This document shows, piece after piece, positions 39,961 to 50,460 of a stretch of 64,000 nucleotides of DNA. A program made the translations under genes and the position numbers. Origin of the DNA: Anthoceros angustus (taxonomy: Eukaryota > Plantae > Anthocerotophyta); the NCBI GenBank assembly GCA_010909165.1, contig MU008173.1, positions 186,001 to 250,000 on the forward strand. Direction: 5' to 3'. Numbering within the stretch: position 1 is the stretch's first letter; each line of letters starts with the position of its first letter. The notes under the pieces are model-generated. The model was given only the letters and a program-made list of their open reading frames with translations. It was not told the origin of the DNA and did no database searches.

Positions 39961-40075
39961 TTGGTCAGAAACGACAAAGATTATGTCAATATAACTACCG
40001 GACCCACCCTTTGGAAGGACATTCTGTGACAAAGTATATAATCGAAGGACACGATCGGGCGGCATGCCGGCTGGC

Positions 40076-40354
40076 GAGCTCACCCAGAACAAAATCTCGT
40101 GGAACAAGGGTAAAAGCTCATTTGATTTTGATTTTCAAAAGACGAATACAAACCGTGGAAAGCATGGCCATCGATGCTTTAGTTTTTTGAATTTGTGGAA
40201 AGTTACCATAGGATAACTAGCTTGTGGCACCAAGCGCCATAGCGACGTTGCTTTTGATCCTTCGGCTGCCTTCCTATCATTGTAGCGAATTCACCAAGTG
40301 GATTGTTCACCACCAATAGGGAACGGATATCGGTTTAGACTGGCCGTGAGACAG
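40076..40354 (+). rRNA. 25S/28S rRNA domain V fragment (degenerate copy)
   Basis: GGGTAAAAGCTC.TTTGATT, AAAGTTACCA.AGGATAACT, ATAGCGACGTTGCTTTTGATCCTTCG, TTCCTATCATTGT, CCAATAGGGAACG, GGTTTAGAC...GTGAGACAG, all in LSU rRNA order. Confidence 0.88.
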
Positions 40355-40699
40355 TAAAGGAAGTTGGCTCAGCTGCCGCACAGTTGAACCATTCCAACTT
40401 TGAGGAGTCCCGATTCCGTGAATGATATACACTTGGTCTACCCGCCCTTGGCGGTGGTCCGCTCGGGACGAAAGCTAACTCACGCAGGTTTACCCACTCG
40501 GGAGAGAGGCCCCAAGCCTAGCCTGCTAATCACCTTTTCGGCCGCCAAGGCTTCGACTCAAGTCTCCAACCTTCCAACTAACCAAAGTTAGATAGAGGGA
40601 AAGGAGAAGTCCCTCCCTCACACTAAGATACCCTAAACACCTAGGGTAAATTGCTCCAACCGGTTCTCCCATTTGATACACACCAGACCCTTGGATACA

Positions 40700-41220
40700 T
40701 CGAGAAATGTGCTAAGAACTGGAGGGCAAGAATGCAGCTTGCACCCCCAAGACCCCAAAGCCGACCACGCCGGAGTCCACCTAGTTGGAAGAAGAACCTC
40801 CACTAAGCATGAATCGAGAAATGTGCTAAACTGGGGCAAGAATGCCTGCACCTCAAGACCCCAAAGTCGATCCACGAATCCAATTTAGTCGGAAGATGAA
40901 CTCCGAGGCAAGAATCGAACAAAAGCTAAGATAGAGGCAAGAATGCATTGCACCCCAAGACCCGAGGGGATTATGGCCCGGAGTCCACACCTAGTTGAAA
41001 GTTGAACCTCCCACAGACATGCTTTGAATCGAGAAGTGTACTGAAGGCAGAACAAACAGACTCCCCAAGACCCCAATGGACTACCGGAGTCCACACTAGT
41101 CGGAAGATAAACCTCCTCAAACATGAATCAGAAACAAGCTAAACAAGAATGCACTGCACCCCAAGACCCCAAAGCTAGATCACGGGAGTCCACTTTCCAA
41201 GTGGACCTCCCACCGGGCCT
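40700..41220 (+). repeat. ~110-bp tandem array, about 5 units
   Basis: Unit ATCGAGAAATGTGCTAA...GGCAAGAATGC..GCACCCCAAGACCCCAAAG...GAGTCCACCTAGTTGGAAG..GAACCTCC. Confidence 0.88.
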
Positions 41221-42079
41221 AAATCGAAATGTACGAACGGGAGGAGGGCCCACTTAAGGTCTCCCCAAGACCATGAATGAAAGCAAACCTGATCACATGC
41301 CTAGGATCTTAGCCCCATTCAAAGGCTCCTCTCGTAAACCACGATATGGTAAACCGTGGTTTCGAGACCCCCCAAAACCCCAAGGACATATTACTTTGAA
41401 TGAAAGTGTCCTTGGGTTTCAAACCCGGTTTACGCTTAACCCGGTTTCAAACAAGTACACTTTGTAAACCCGTTAACCTATAAACCCGGACAAAACCCCA
41501 AGGACACTTTTGAAAACCCGGATTTCATTCGTCGAGATTTCATCGACACATTGTCATTTTGTCGAGATTTCAAAGGATCGATTGACCACTTGAGTTGATG
41601 TCGAGTTTTGGGACTTGTCATTTCTAACATGACTTCCCGCCAAAGCAGCGGGAATTTGAACTCGACATGTCACACGTGGCAAATGTATCCATTTGTCCCA
41701 AGCTTATAAATATAGGCAGTCTCCTAATGGTTTCGACGGTTTTGAACACTCATAATATTTGAAGCGGTCAATACAAACCCTCTTCGAAATCAGAAACCCT
41801 CATGTTCAAATTTTGATAGTACCTATAATGCATGATTAAGCATGATTTGATTCTAAGGATGGGTGTTATGTCATCTCAATGCAATCGCATTAGTTCGAGA
41901 AATACGCCTAGTTATGGTGGTTGCTCGAAATAGGCGTATGGGACAAAGTGCTAAAGGCTTTTGAAGGTGAAGGCGCGGCATGCCGCCCACCGTCGCAAAT
42001 CGTTACACATAAAACTTTCAACCCATGAAACAAAGAAAAGTTACTCACTCGCACGATCACAAAACAACACCCGGGCACC

Positions 42080-43200
42080 GCCACACGCCATCCATGACTA
42101 CTTCTACGGTCTCGACGCCGCATGATCCGGGTCTTCAAAGTTGTCGCCTCCATGATATTTCCCCGTGTCCGAGGAGCCACCCACAACTCCGATGGCTTGT
42201 CTGGAGGCCACATCGCAGGTCCAATGTTTGTGCCCAACGTCAAGGATCTCTGACCGGCGCTTTCTCCCGAAGACCCCAAAGAAACAACTTGAGCTTGTGA
42301 CAAACCTTTTTCCGACAATGTCACTTCTTTAGCTAGAATTGGACCTGGGGTGAGGCTCGTGGGTCAACTCCTCATCGGCCCGCAAAACTTCATATCCATG
42401 GATCCTCCGATGTATGAACTCGCGCAGTGCTTGTCCACATCCACAAAGAATGCAATCGATCAGCATAGGGAGACCCATCGTTGTCGATCCACTTCGCACA
42501 CGCCTAAAATCCAATCCTCCTTCGAGAAGTTTTTGATGATTCTCATCATCGTGCCCAATGGCCTCGATACGCACACACCACCGCCTTATCGAGGGATGTG
42601 TATAGCCTTCTTCACGATGTTGTCATGCCCAATGACCCATCGTCCGTTGTTGAAGGAACCCTGACATTATTGGGGAGCATGGAAATTTTGGCCAGCTGTA
42701 CATGTTAAGCCCCACCCAATCAGAATGTATTCCACAAAGGTCGAGCCCCTAGGTCGTCTCGCATATTAGTCTTGTCCCATACAAATGACACCAACCTCCC
42801 CAAAGGCACCACTTCCAGATTGCCTCCCTCACTGGTGGTGCCCTCCACACCGTGCATGACTATCATCCGTGATCTCATCGAACTTGTCATATCATGGAAA
42901 GCATGGAAACTGCATCACCGCCGTAGCCCATAGTGACATCATGTTTTCCTTGTTAAATCCTCGGGCACATCCATGACCATCAATGTGTATTTCGAATCCA
43001 GTGAAGCCCTCATGTCAACGATATATCCCTTGCCATAACCTCGCACTTCACAATATTCTCCGTTGCCTGAATCAGTGAAAGATTGCGGTGCTCTTCCATG
43101 TCCATGTCCGCTATAGCCCTCCGCCTCCAAGCCTTTCCATGTGCACTTCACACAAAAGCTTGAAAAGCCCGTAGTTTCTTCAGTCATCCACATCCTTTAC
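42080..43200 (-). pseudogene. Beta-class N4C/N6A DNA methyltransferase, subfamily B copy 3
   Basis: DMRASLDSKYTLMVMDVP (ORF 42939-43193); LVSFVWDKTNMRDDLGA; EYILIG; RPLGTMMRIIKNFSKE; SGSTTM; IHRRIHGYEVLRADEELTHEPH. Confidence 0.82.
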
Positions 43201-43312
43201 TTGTCAGAAACGACAAAAGATTATGTCAATATAACTACGGACATTCACCGAAGGACATTCATGTGACAAAGTATAATCGAAGGACACGATCGGGCGCCGC
43301 ATGCCGGCTGGC

Positions 43313-43623
43313 GAGCTCAACGAGAATGTAAATCTCGTGGAACAAAAGGGTAAAAGCTCATTTGATTTTGATTTTCAAAGACGAATACAAACCGTGAAAG
43401 CATGGCCTATCGATCCTTTAGTTTTTCGGAATTTGAAGCCAGAGGTGTAAAAGTTACGTGGATAATCTTGTGGCAGCCAAGCCGCTCATAGCGACGCGTT
43501 GCTTTTTGATCCTTCGGCGTTTCCGCCTTCCTATCATTGTGAAGCGTAATTCACCAAGTGTTGGATTGTTCACCCACCAATAGGGAACGTGAGTCGGGTT
43601 TAGACTGGCCGAGACAAAGTTAG
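43313..43623 (+). rRNA. 25S/28S rRNA domain V fragment (~310 nt, best copy; not an rDNA unit)
   Basis: GAGCTCAACGAGAA...GGAACAAAAGGGTAAAAGCTC...ACGAATACAAACCGTGAAAGCATGGCCTATCGATCCTTTAG...GGAATTTGAAGC.AGAGGTGT...TTGTGGCAGCCAAGC...AATTCACCAAGTGTTGGATTGTTCACCCACCAATAGGGAACGTGAG..GGGTTTAGAC matches the eukaryotic LSU peptidyl-transferase region. Confidence 0.92.
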
Positions 43624-43989
43624 GGCGCGATGCCCTAGCCGCCCACCACTAGTTGAACCATTCCAACTTTGAGTCGGGAGTCCCGATTCCCGGCAATGAT
43701 ATACACTTGGTCTACTCCGCTCCCTTGGCCGGTGGTCTGCCTGACGAGCTAACTCACGCCGCAGGTTTACCCGCTGGGAGAGAGGTACTCCCAAGCCTAG
43801 CCTCATCACACTTTTCGACACGCCAAGGCTTCGCACTAAGTCTCCCGAACTCTTCAACTTGGAACCAAAGCTTGGACAGAGGGAAAGGGGAGAAGTCCCC
43901 TTCCCTCTCACACTAAGACACCCTAATTAGTCTAGGGTACCCGTTCGGAACAGGGTTCTCCCATGGATACACACCAGACACCAGGACAC

Positions 43990-44520
43990 ATCGAGAAATG
44001 TGCTAAGGACACGGGGGGCAAGAATGCAGCTTGCACCCCAAGACCCCAAAGCCGACACGGAGTCCACCTAGTTGGAAGATGAACCTCCCATAAGGCATGA
44101 ATCGAGAAATGTGCTAAACAGGGCAAGAATGCCTGCACCCCAAGACCCCAAAGTCGATCCACGAGATCCACACCTAGTCGGAAGATGAACCTCCGAGGCA
44201 TGAATCAAGAACGTGTTAACAGAGGGGCAAGAATGCACGCCCCCAAGACCCCGAGGGTGGACTACGCCGGGAGTCCACACCTAGTTGAAAGTTGAACCTC
44301 CCCACGAGACATGAATCGAGAAGTGTACTAAGACAGGCAAGAATGCACCCCAAAGACCTAAAGGACTACGCCGGAGTCCACACTAGTCGGAAGATAAACC
44401 TCCTACCGAAACATGAATCGAGAAATAAGTAAACAGGGGCAAGAATGCACTGCACCCCAAGACCCCTGTGCTAGATGGAGTCCACCTAGTTCCTGGACCT
44501 CCCACGAGGCCCAACGTAGA
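43990..44520 (+). repeat. ~110-bp tandem array, about 5 units (copy of 40700-41220)
   Basis: Same unit as the array at 40700-41220. Confidence 0.88.
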
Positions 44521-44689
44521 AATGTACGAACGTGAGGAGGGCCCACTTAAGGTCTCCCCACCCAAGACCAAAGGTATGAAAGCAAACCTGATCACATGCG
44601 CTCTTAGGATCTTAGCCCCTTCAAAGGCTCTAAGGAAAGAAATCGAGAGTGGCGCCGCATGCCGCCCTCTCTCGCTAATGGAGAGGATA

Positions 44690-45780
44690 AAGGACACCTA
44701 CCTTTCCTCAAACGCTTTGAAATCAATGACCTCGTCCAGAGAGTGTTGAGGATATTCTTGCGACTTGGTCGAATGAGTCACACCCCAAGTGCTTGGCCAT
44801 CGCCACCGAATCACATGAAACTTCTTCCTCGTGGTGATTTCCTTCGCCATCCCATTGAGGTCCGTAAGCCCCACAAAACCTTCTCTGCACTTATCAACAT
44901 TTGTTGCCCACTTTCCTGTGTGGGATGCCTTGAAAACTCCAAGGCTTGCCTTGCATCTCTTTAGGCTTCAACAATGCGCCATCCCCCTCGGTCATCGTGA
45001 CTTTACGCTTTGCCCTTGCTCTTCTTGCTCAGGTGCAACATGTTTCGCCTGCTCCGCAACTCCATGGACTCCCACTTGCTGAATATCTTGTCCACATTCG
45101 CCCACACTTTGCCTTCCAACCGAGATGCATAGAATGTGGGTCCTGTTCTACCTTTCTGCTTTATACCGCTGGCCTCGCGGCCTCCGTCATCGACCCAAGC
45201 ACCTTGTACAAGTTGAATTTCCAGTTCATGGTCATGTTGACACCATCCCTCTTCGCGATTTGCAGCTGCCTCTCAAATACCTCACCGCTCAATAAAATTC
45301 ATCTTCCGCCTCTTGCCGGACATGGTGTTGTGGCTAAGACTCTCATTTCGGAATAGTCGACCACAATACACATGAGCCTCAATCGGAGGCTTGCCTTCCA
45401 GTGATATGTCCAAGGTGCATAGCATATGTATGGTTTCCTCCAAGCACTCCCATCACATATTTTTAGCCCGAACTTCGCCAATCCACGACTTGATATCATT
45501 GCATTACGCGGATCAATCATGCAAAGCAGGCAAGACTCCTTCCTCGATTCTCCCTTTGAAATCACCGCTAGGTAGTTCGCCCAAGCCTCCACTTTTCGGA
45601 TCCGGGCATCCGGAGTCGAAAGAAGCGGTCTCAAGTATTCTTAACCAACGGCCGGAACCACTTTCTTCCCATATGCTTCTAGGTCTTCAAATAATCCTCA
45701 TCCAACGACGCCTCAACCTTTCTTCATCACGACACATGAAGTGTAGGAATATCTTGGATGGGATGGCTTGCCCATCATTG
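44690..45780 (-). pseudogene. ParB/Srx-like domain-coding region, probably the N-terminal part of the MTase gene (may extend to ~46900)
   Basis: Minus-strand fragments RIRKVEAWANYLA, CLLCMID, KYVMGVLGGNHTYAM (~45418-45462), EAHVYCG, DYSEMRVLA, HNTMSGKRRKMNFIER. This follows the ParB-like order R..L...I / GGNH / VY.GL...LA..HN. Confidence 0.55.
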
Positions 45781-47695
45781 TGCCTTTCTTCCTCCCCATG
45801 GCGCTGGTTCCCCTTCCGCCTCGATCACATCCGCGGTAGGTGCTCGCCTGTAACATCCGAGGATACTCGGGCACCACTGTATACTGGATGGGCGCCATGC
45901 GCCCCATCCCGCCGCCGCACTGCTGCGCGGTGCATGCCCACCTGCCCCTTCCTCCCGGCCCGCATGGTGTTCCCACTCCCGACATGCCCCTTGGTTGGCT
46001 TGATTCCGACCGCGTCTCCATATGTCGCGCCGCTTTCCCATGGAAGGCACATCTGGGCGGCATGCCGGGCGCCTTCTTCGACCGCTTGTCCACGGCAAAA
46101 CCAAGACACTTGGGGTGCCCAATTCAGCATGGAGGGCGCCGATGCCGCCTCCCTCCTCCCTCCTCGTCGTCATCCCGGCGTATGCCGCTTGCAGGAGCTG
46201 CCGGAGGTTCGAAAGTCCATGATGATATCCGCCTTCTGCATCTTCCCTTCGGACCCGTCCGCATCCGACCGTCCGAGTACATCGGTATAGGGCCATCTTC
46301 CTCGGGGCCTCCGCTCAATCAACATGAGGAGGGTCGGTCCTCAATTGCGAACTCAAAGGCTCTGCCTTGTTCTTGGAAAGACATCTCCCTCCTGTGATTA
46401 ATCATGACTGGATGACCCCACGAGGCATCTCAGAGAACCCGGCCGCAAACAATAGTGTTGAAATGTCGATATCGGGATGGGGAGGAAAGGTAAGTGAATT
46501 TGAAGGCCTAAGTGGCCACTGAGTTTCCGTAGGCTTTCTCGAAATTGCATTGCTCCTTTGGTTCACATTTCTTCGCTTGAAAGCCATCTATCTCAAGAGG
46601 AACACCTTGTAATCATCTGGGTGCAAATTATCAACGCCATAGGGTCTTGATGTGCGAGCACTTGCACCTCCGGATGCAATGTGTCCATCTCCAAACTTGC
46701 CCACAATACCCATCCGGCTCTTGAGCCGAGAGCCCCGTGTAGCTGTAACCCACAACTTCAACAAGGGTGTCCATATTGCCCCATCTTCCTGTGGCTCACT
46801 TGGGTTAGAAACCATTCTTTGTCCAATGCAGCTTTCCTCAACTCGCTTGTGTGTCTCCGCAGAGCAATCGTCTCCTCATACGTGTATGGCGATGGATTGG
46901 GCTCTGGGTGCTCTTTTTGCTCCGAGACATTCCACTCTTCTCCTCTGTTCCTCCATGCGCTTTGGTGCTGCTTTTGCTGAATTCAGACCCACCCAACACC
47001 TCGCAGAGTTAAAAAGCACGGAAAAGATGGATTCGTGACACCAACATGCCTGAAAACGCTCACCGGCAATGGAGATTCGCAACGCATCTCTCGGGCGCCT
47101 TCTCGCCTTCACCACAATCCCGGGTTGTCGGCACCGCCCGTGTCTTTCGCTACGCCCGTCCACTCGCCATAATCGCACGCCCGTAATCACGAACGACACA
47201 CTGTGGCCGTGAGTTGGCAGCGATTGCCACAATACCTTCGATTTGCGTCCGATGACCGCCTAGCCCTCGATCGCTCGCAATCGCCCAGATGGGATTAGCG
47301 CCGAATTGGAGTGCGCGCCAAGGTGCTGGCGCGATGGTGTGCTTCCGTGGATTACGCGCGCCAGCCTCCGTGAGCACTCCGTCGAGCTTCACCTGCAAGA
47401 AACGCGCGGTATGACGGGGCTCTCGGTTATACCCTTTTAGAAGCGGACATCCGTAAGAAACCCTAATGGTGACGGCCGTGAAATATAGACCACGCCAATA
47501 TTTAAACCCCAATACCTGTCTTATTTATACCGGATATGACACTATCTCGATCATTACGAATCGTTATATCACAATAAATGCAATCTATTTTCACTGGATA
47601 TCCTCATCGCCGCCACCGAACCATCGATGCAATGGCGGCGCCGGTGAGGTCGTACCGGTAGCATGTCTTATGCCCTCTTAATTGAATAGCGATCA

Positions 47696-48200
47696 GTGTT
47701 GGACGGCAATAAGAGGGAGGTTCGGTGGTTGAAGACCCATCCGGTATGTTCCAAGCTTGATGTTCGTTCGCTTGCCGATCGTCTAAGTCGGGCAGCCAAG
47801 ATCGCATTCTATCCATGGCTTGACGAGGATGAGGTATTCTCAAGTCAACTGGTGATCATTTACGCTACGAATGTGGGAAGTCATTGCACGCCCTGCTTTG
47901 TTCTAACGCTCCGGGGAGGTCCTTGTTCATGGAGTCCGTGGGTGCAACAAGGTCCTTCTCATTCATGCAGAGAAGAAGAAGGTCTTGGAAGGACGGAAGG
48001 AAGGAACTCATGGTGCACCATCGCTTGGCGCTCCTAACTCAAGCCCGACAATCCCTACTAGAAGGTCATTTCTTTGATACCCATGCCTTTTAAGACCAAA
48101 TGTCACAATGGATCCTATGTGGTTCACATTTTGTCGTTGTTTGACTTGAATAGCAAGGTGTCACAAACGCGTAGAAATGGTCTTAATCGTGCTTTGTTCC
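47696..48200 (+). pseudogene. Possible Ulp1-like (peptidase C48) remnant
   Basis: VIIYATNVGSH, HALLCSNAPGRSLFMESVG and KCHNGSYVVHIL loosely match the HW.LL...DS / Q....CG.YV catalytic pattern. Confidence 0.3.
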
Positions 48201-48479
48201 ATGGGATGAAACCGATGGTCTTCCTTTGCGGGCTAGGAGAACACACGACCGCACTCAATGTAGGAATACAGATTTGCCACCTACTCCCGGAACTTGAATA
48301 GGTGTGGCTGTGGGTGGAAGCCTGTGTCGGAGGGAGAAAGGCGGTCGTCAGACAAATCCAGCCTCCCAAGGGATCGGATCGGATGTTTGCACGATGCAAC
48401 ACCACCGTGGTGGGCGACGTTCATTCCGTTGTTGATGTGCCGACACACCTCGGAGGAAACGAAATGGTGTCTCTTATCA

Positions 48480-50460
48480 CCGGCCGATGAGACAATGCAA
48501 AGTGAGACGAATGTTTTGCCGATTCAAAAGAGGCGAGCCGCAGGTGTCTCTTTAAAGAAAAGTGACGGCGACGCTGTGATGGCAGATTTACGGAAGCCAT
48601 GCTGCAACAAGTTGTGTCTTCCTATTCTGTCAAGGGATGGTCTTCAAGAGCAGAGGACCAGGTTCTTGAGGCTAGGCAGGCCGGAGCAGGAGTTATTCCT
48701 TCAATCCCTTGTTAGAACGGATGTGAATGCCAAATGTCGAGACAAGGTTGTCACTTACATTATGGGAGAGCCCCGATGCGTTGTTCGAAAGCATTTCGAG
48801 TTTATCGCATAGGCTCGCAAGATACGACGAGTTGAAGAGTGGTATTGAACGCACCTTGGGATGGGGCCAAGCGAATCTCGTGCAATCCTCACATGCTCTT
48901 CTGCGATCGCGTGGATGGACTCAACATTTCTAGAAAGGTTGCCCAACGTTGAAGTGTACAACCTTGGACACATTCACTAAACTTGAGGTTTGGAATCGAT
49001 ATACATGGAACAAGCTGCGGTTTGTGTCATATGCATATTTCCTGAGGCTATGGACAGAAAATTTTAAGAGGGTGAAAATTCCGAAGTCCAACCGGTTTTC
49101 GACATGTGCGTTATGCGCGGGGTTGAAGTACAACATCCGGAGTACGGGTCATCGGATTGATCAAGGTATGCCAGCATACGGTTCTCCGTCATTTCCTGCA
49201 TAGAATCCTTGTAATAGGTATCATACTCTTTCCGGAGAGCTAACCCTCTAACGTAGCCGCCGCCAGATGCAAGGCGCCGCCGCCGCCTAGCTTCCACGGC
49301 ATGCGTTGGCCATGGAATGAAGGGGCGACAAAGATGCCTGGTTTTCGAGGAAGTGCGCCGACGCAGCGCCGCTGAGAGATCACGCTGCGCGCGCCGAGAG
49401 GGGCGGTGGCGCAGCGCCGCATGCCTCAGAAGTCACCGCGCGTCTGAGGGGCGGGCCGGGCGCCGCCTCTGGCGCCGGGTGATGCCGCGCCTCGGCGCGC
49501 CGTACGGCCACCGGATGGGCGCGCGGTAGGGCGTTGTGGGCGCCGTCGGCTACCACCGCCGCGTTCGGCATCGCATCGGATGGGGAGGCCGCAGCCGGGC
49601 GCCGGATACGCGATGCCGCCCACCCACCGGTCGGCCCCCATCCACACCGGATGGGGAGGGGCGCCGCGCCTACGCCGAGTCGTCGACGCCGCGCCTCCCG
49701 CCGGGTTAAGGTCGCACGAAGAGTCGCTCCGGCATAGTTGCACACCGGATGGTTGGGCGCGAGCCTTCTCCGCCATGCCTATGCCGTGGAATGGCATTGG
49801 CACGCGGGTGCCTCGATGACATGTTTCCGGCATGCGGGGAATAAAATGTTTGTATTTTTGAATGGGCTAACCCATGGGGAACTAACCGTCCTTTCTAATC
49901 GGGTTCGGTCGTGTTTAGATGTATATCGTGACGCTTTAAATAAACATCGAACACGCTTGATGAACGAGGAAGAAGTTGATGAAGCATCGCACTAAAGCTA
50001 CATCGTCCCTCGTAAATACATATTACTATGCATTGACGGATGGATCGAAGAAGACGGAGTTGCCGCATTTTGAGATGGTAAGGACTGAAGGAGGATCGCC
50101 GCATAGCGTCCACGTGGTGCATGGTACACAATTATACTTTGAAAGCCGGCGTATCTCCACTTTGCGAATCGAGGAATGATGCAAACTTGACTATTGCTAT
50201 TATTCGTGACGTTATCCACACGTATAATGGGTTCCTTCCAAAAATTCTATATTTGCATGGATAACACATGCCGGAGAATAAGAACCGTTTTTTTTGCACC
50301 TCAATATGCTTGTTGAGGTGGGCACCTTTGAAAAGGTGAAGGTTCTCCTCGTAGGGCATACACACGACCAAGTGGATGATGTTCTCTTGCTTTTCTAAAC
50401 ATCCGCACAAGGAGGTGAAAACCCTACCAGCTATGGAAACCTTGATAAGCACAGTATACG
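48480..50460 (+). mobile_element. DDE transposase of DUF7869/Sola-like type, with an intron at ~49167-49918 (frameshifted as assembled)
   Basis: PCCNKLCL; FLRLWTENFKRVKIPKSNRFSTCALC; PRKYILLCIDG..KKTELPHF (~50005-50070); LPKILYL.MDNTC.ENKNRFF (~50235-50292); LLVGHTHDQVD.MFS (~50345-50387). Confidence 0.78.

Larger units (their letters stand above)
38082..44630. repeat. Tandem duplication of a ~3.27-kb unit (MTase + rRNA fragment + 110-bp array); partial third copy at ~32575-34422
   Basis: Units start CGATATGGTAAAC at 38082 and 41342 and end GGATCTTAGCCCC.TTCAAAGGCTC at ~41328 and 44630. Confidence 0.93.

Noticed and set aside
33080-43200. Bacterial contamination or a restriction-modification operon as the source of the MTase
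   Set aside because: The copies are interleaved with plant Copia/CACTA sequence and a eukaryotic rRNA fragment, occur as several diverged subfamilies, and have no adjacent restriction enzyme or operon structure.
40076-43623. Functional rDNA locus, or an R1/R2-type rDNA insertion
   Set aside because: Only ~300 nt of LSU is present, with no 18S/5.8S/ITS, no reverse transcriptase nearby and no R2 target sequence.
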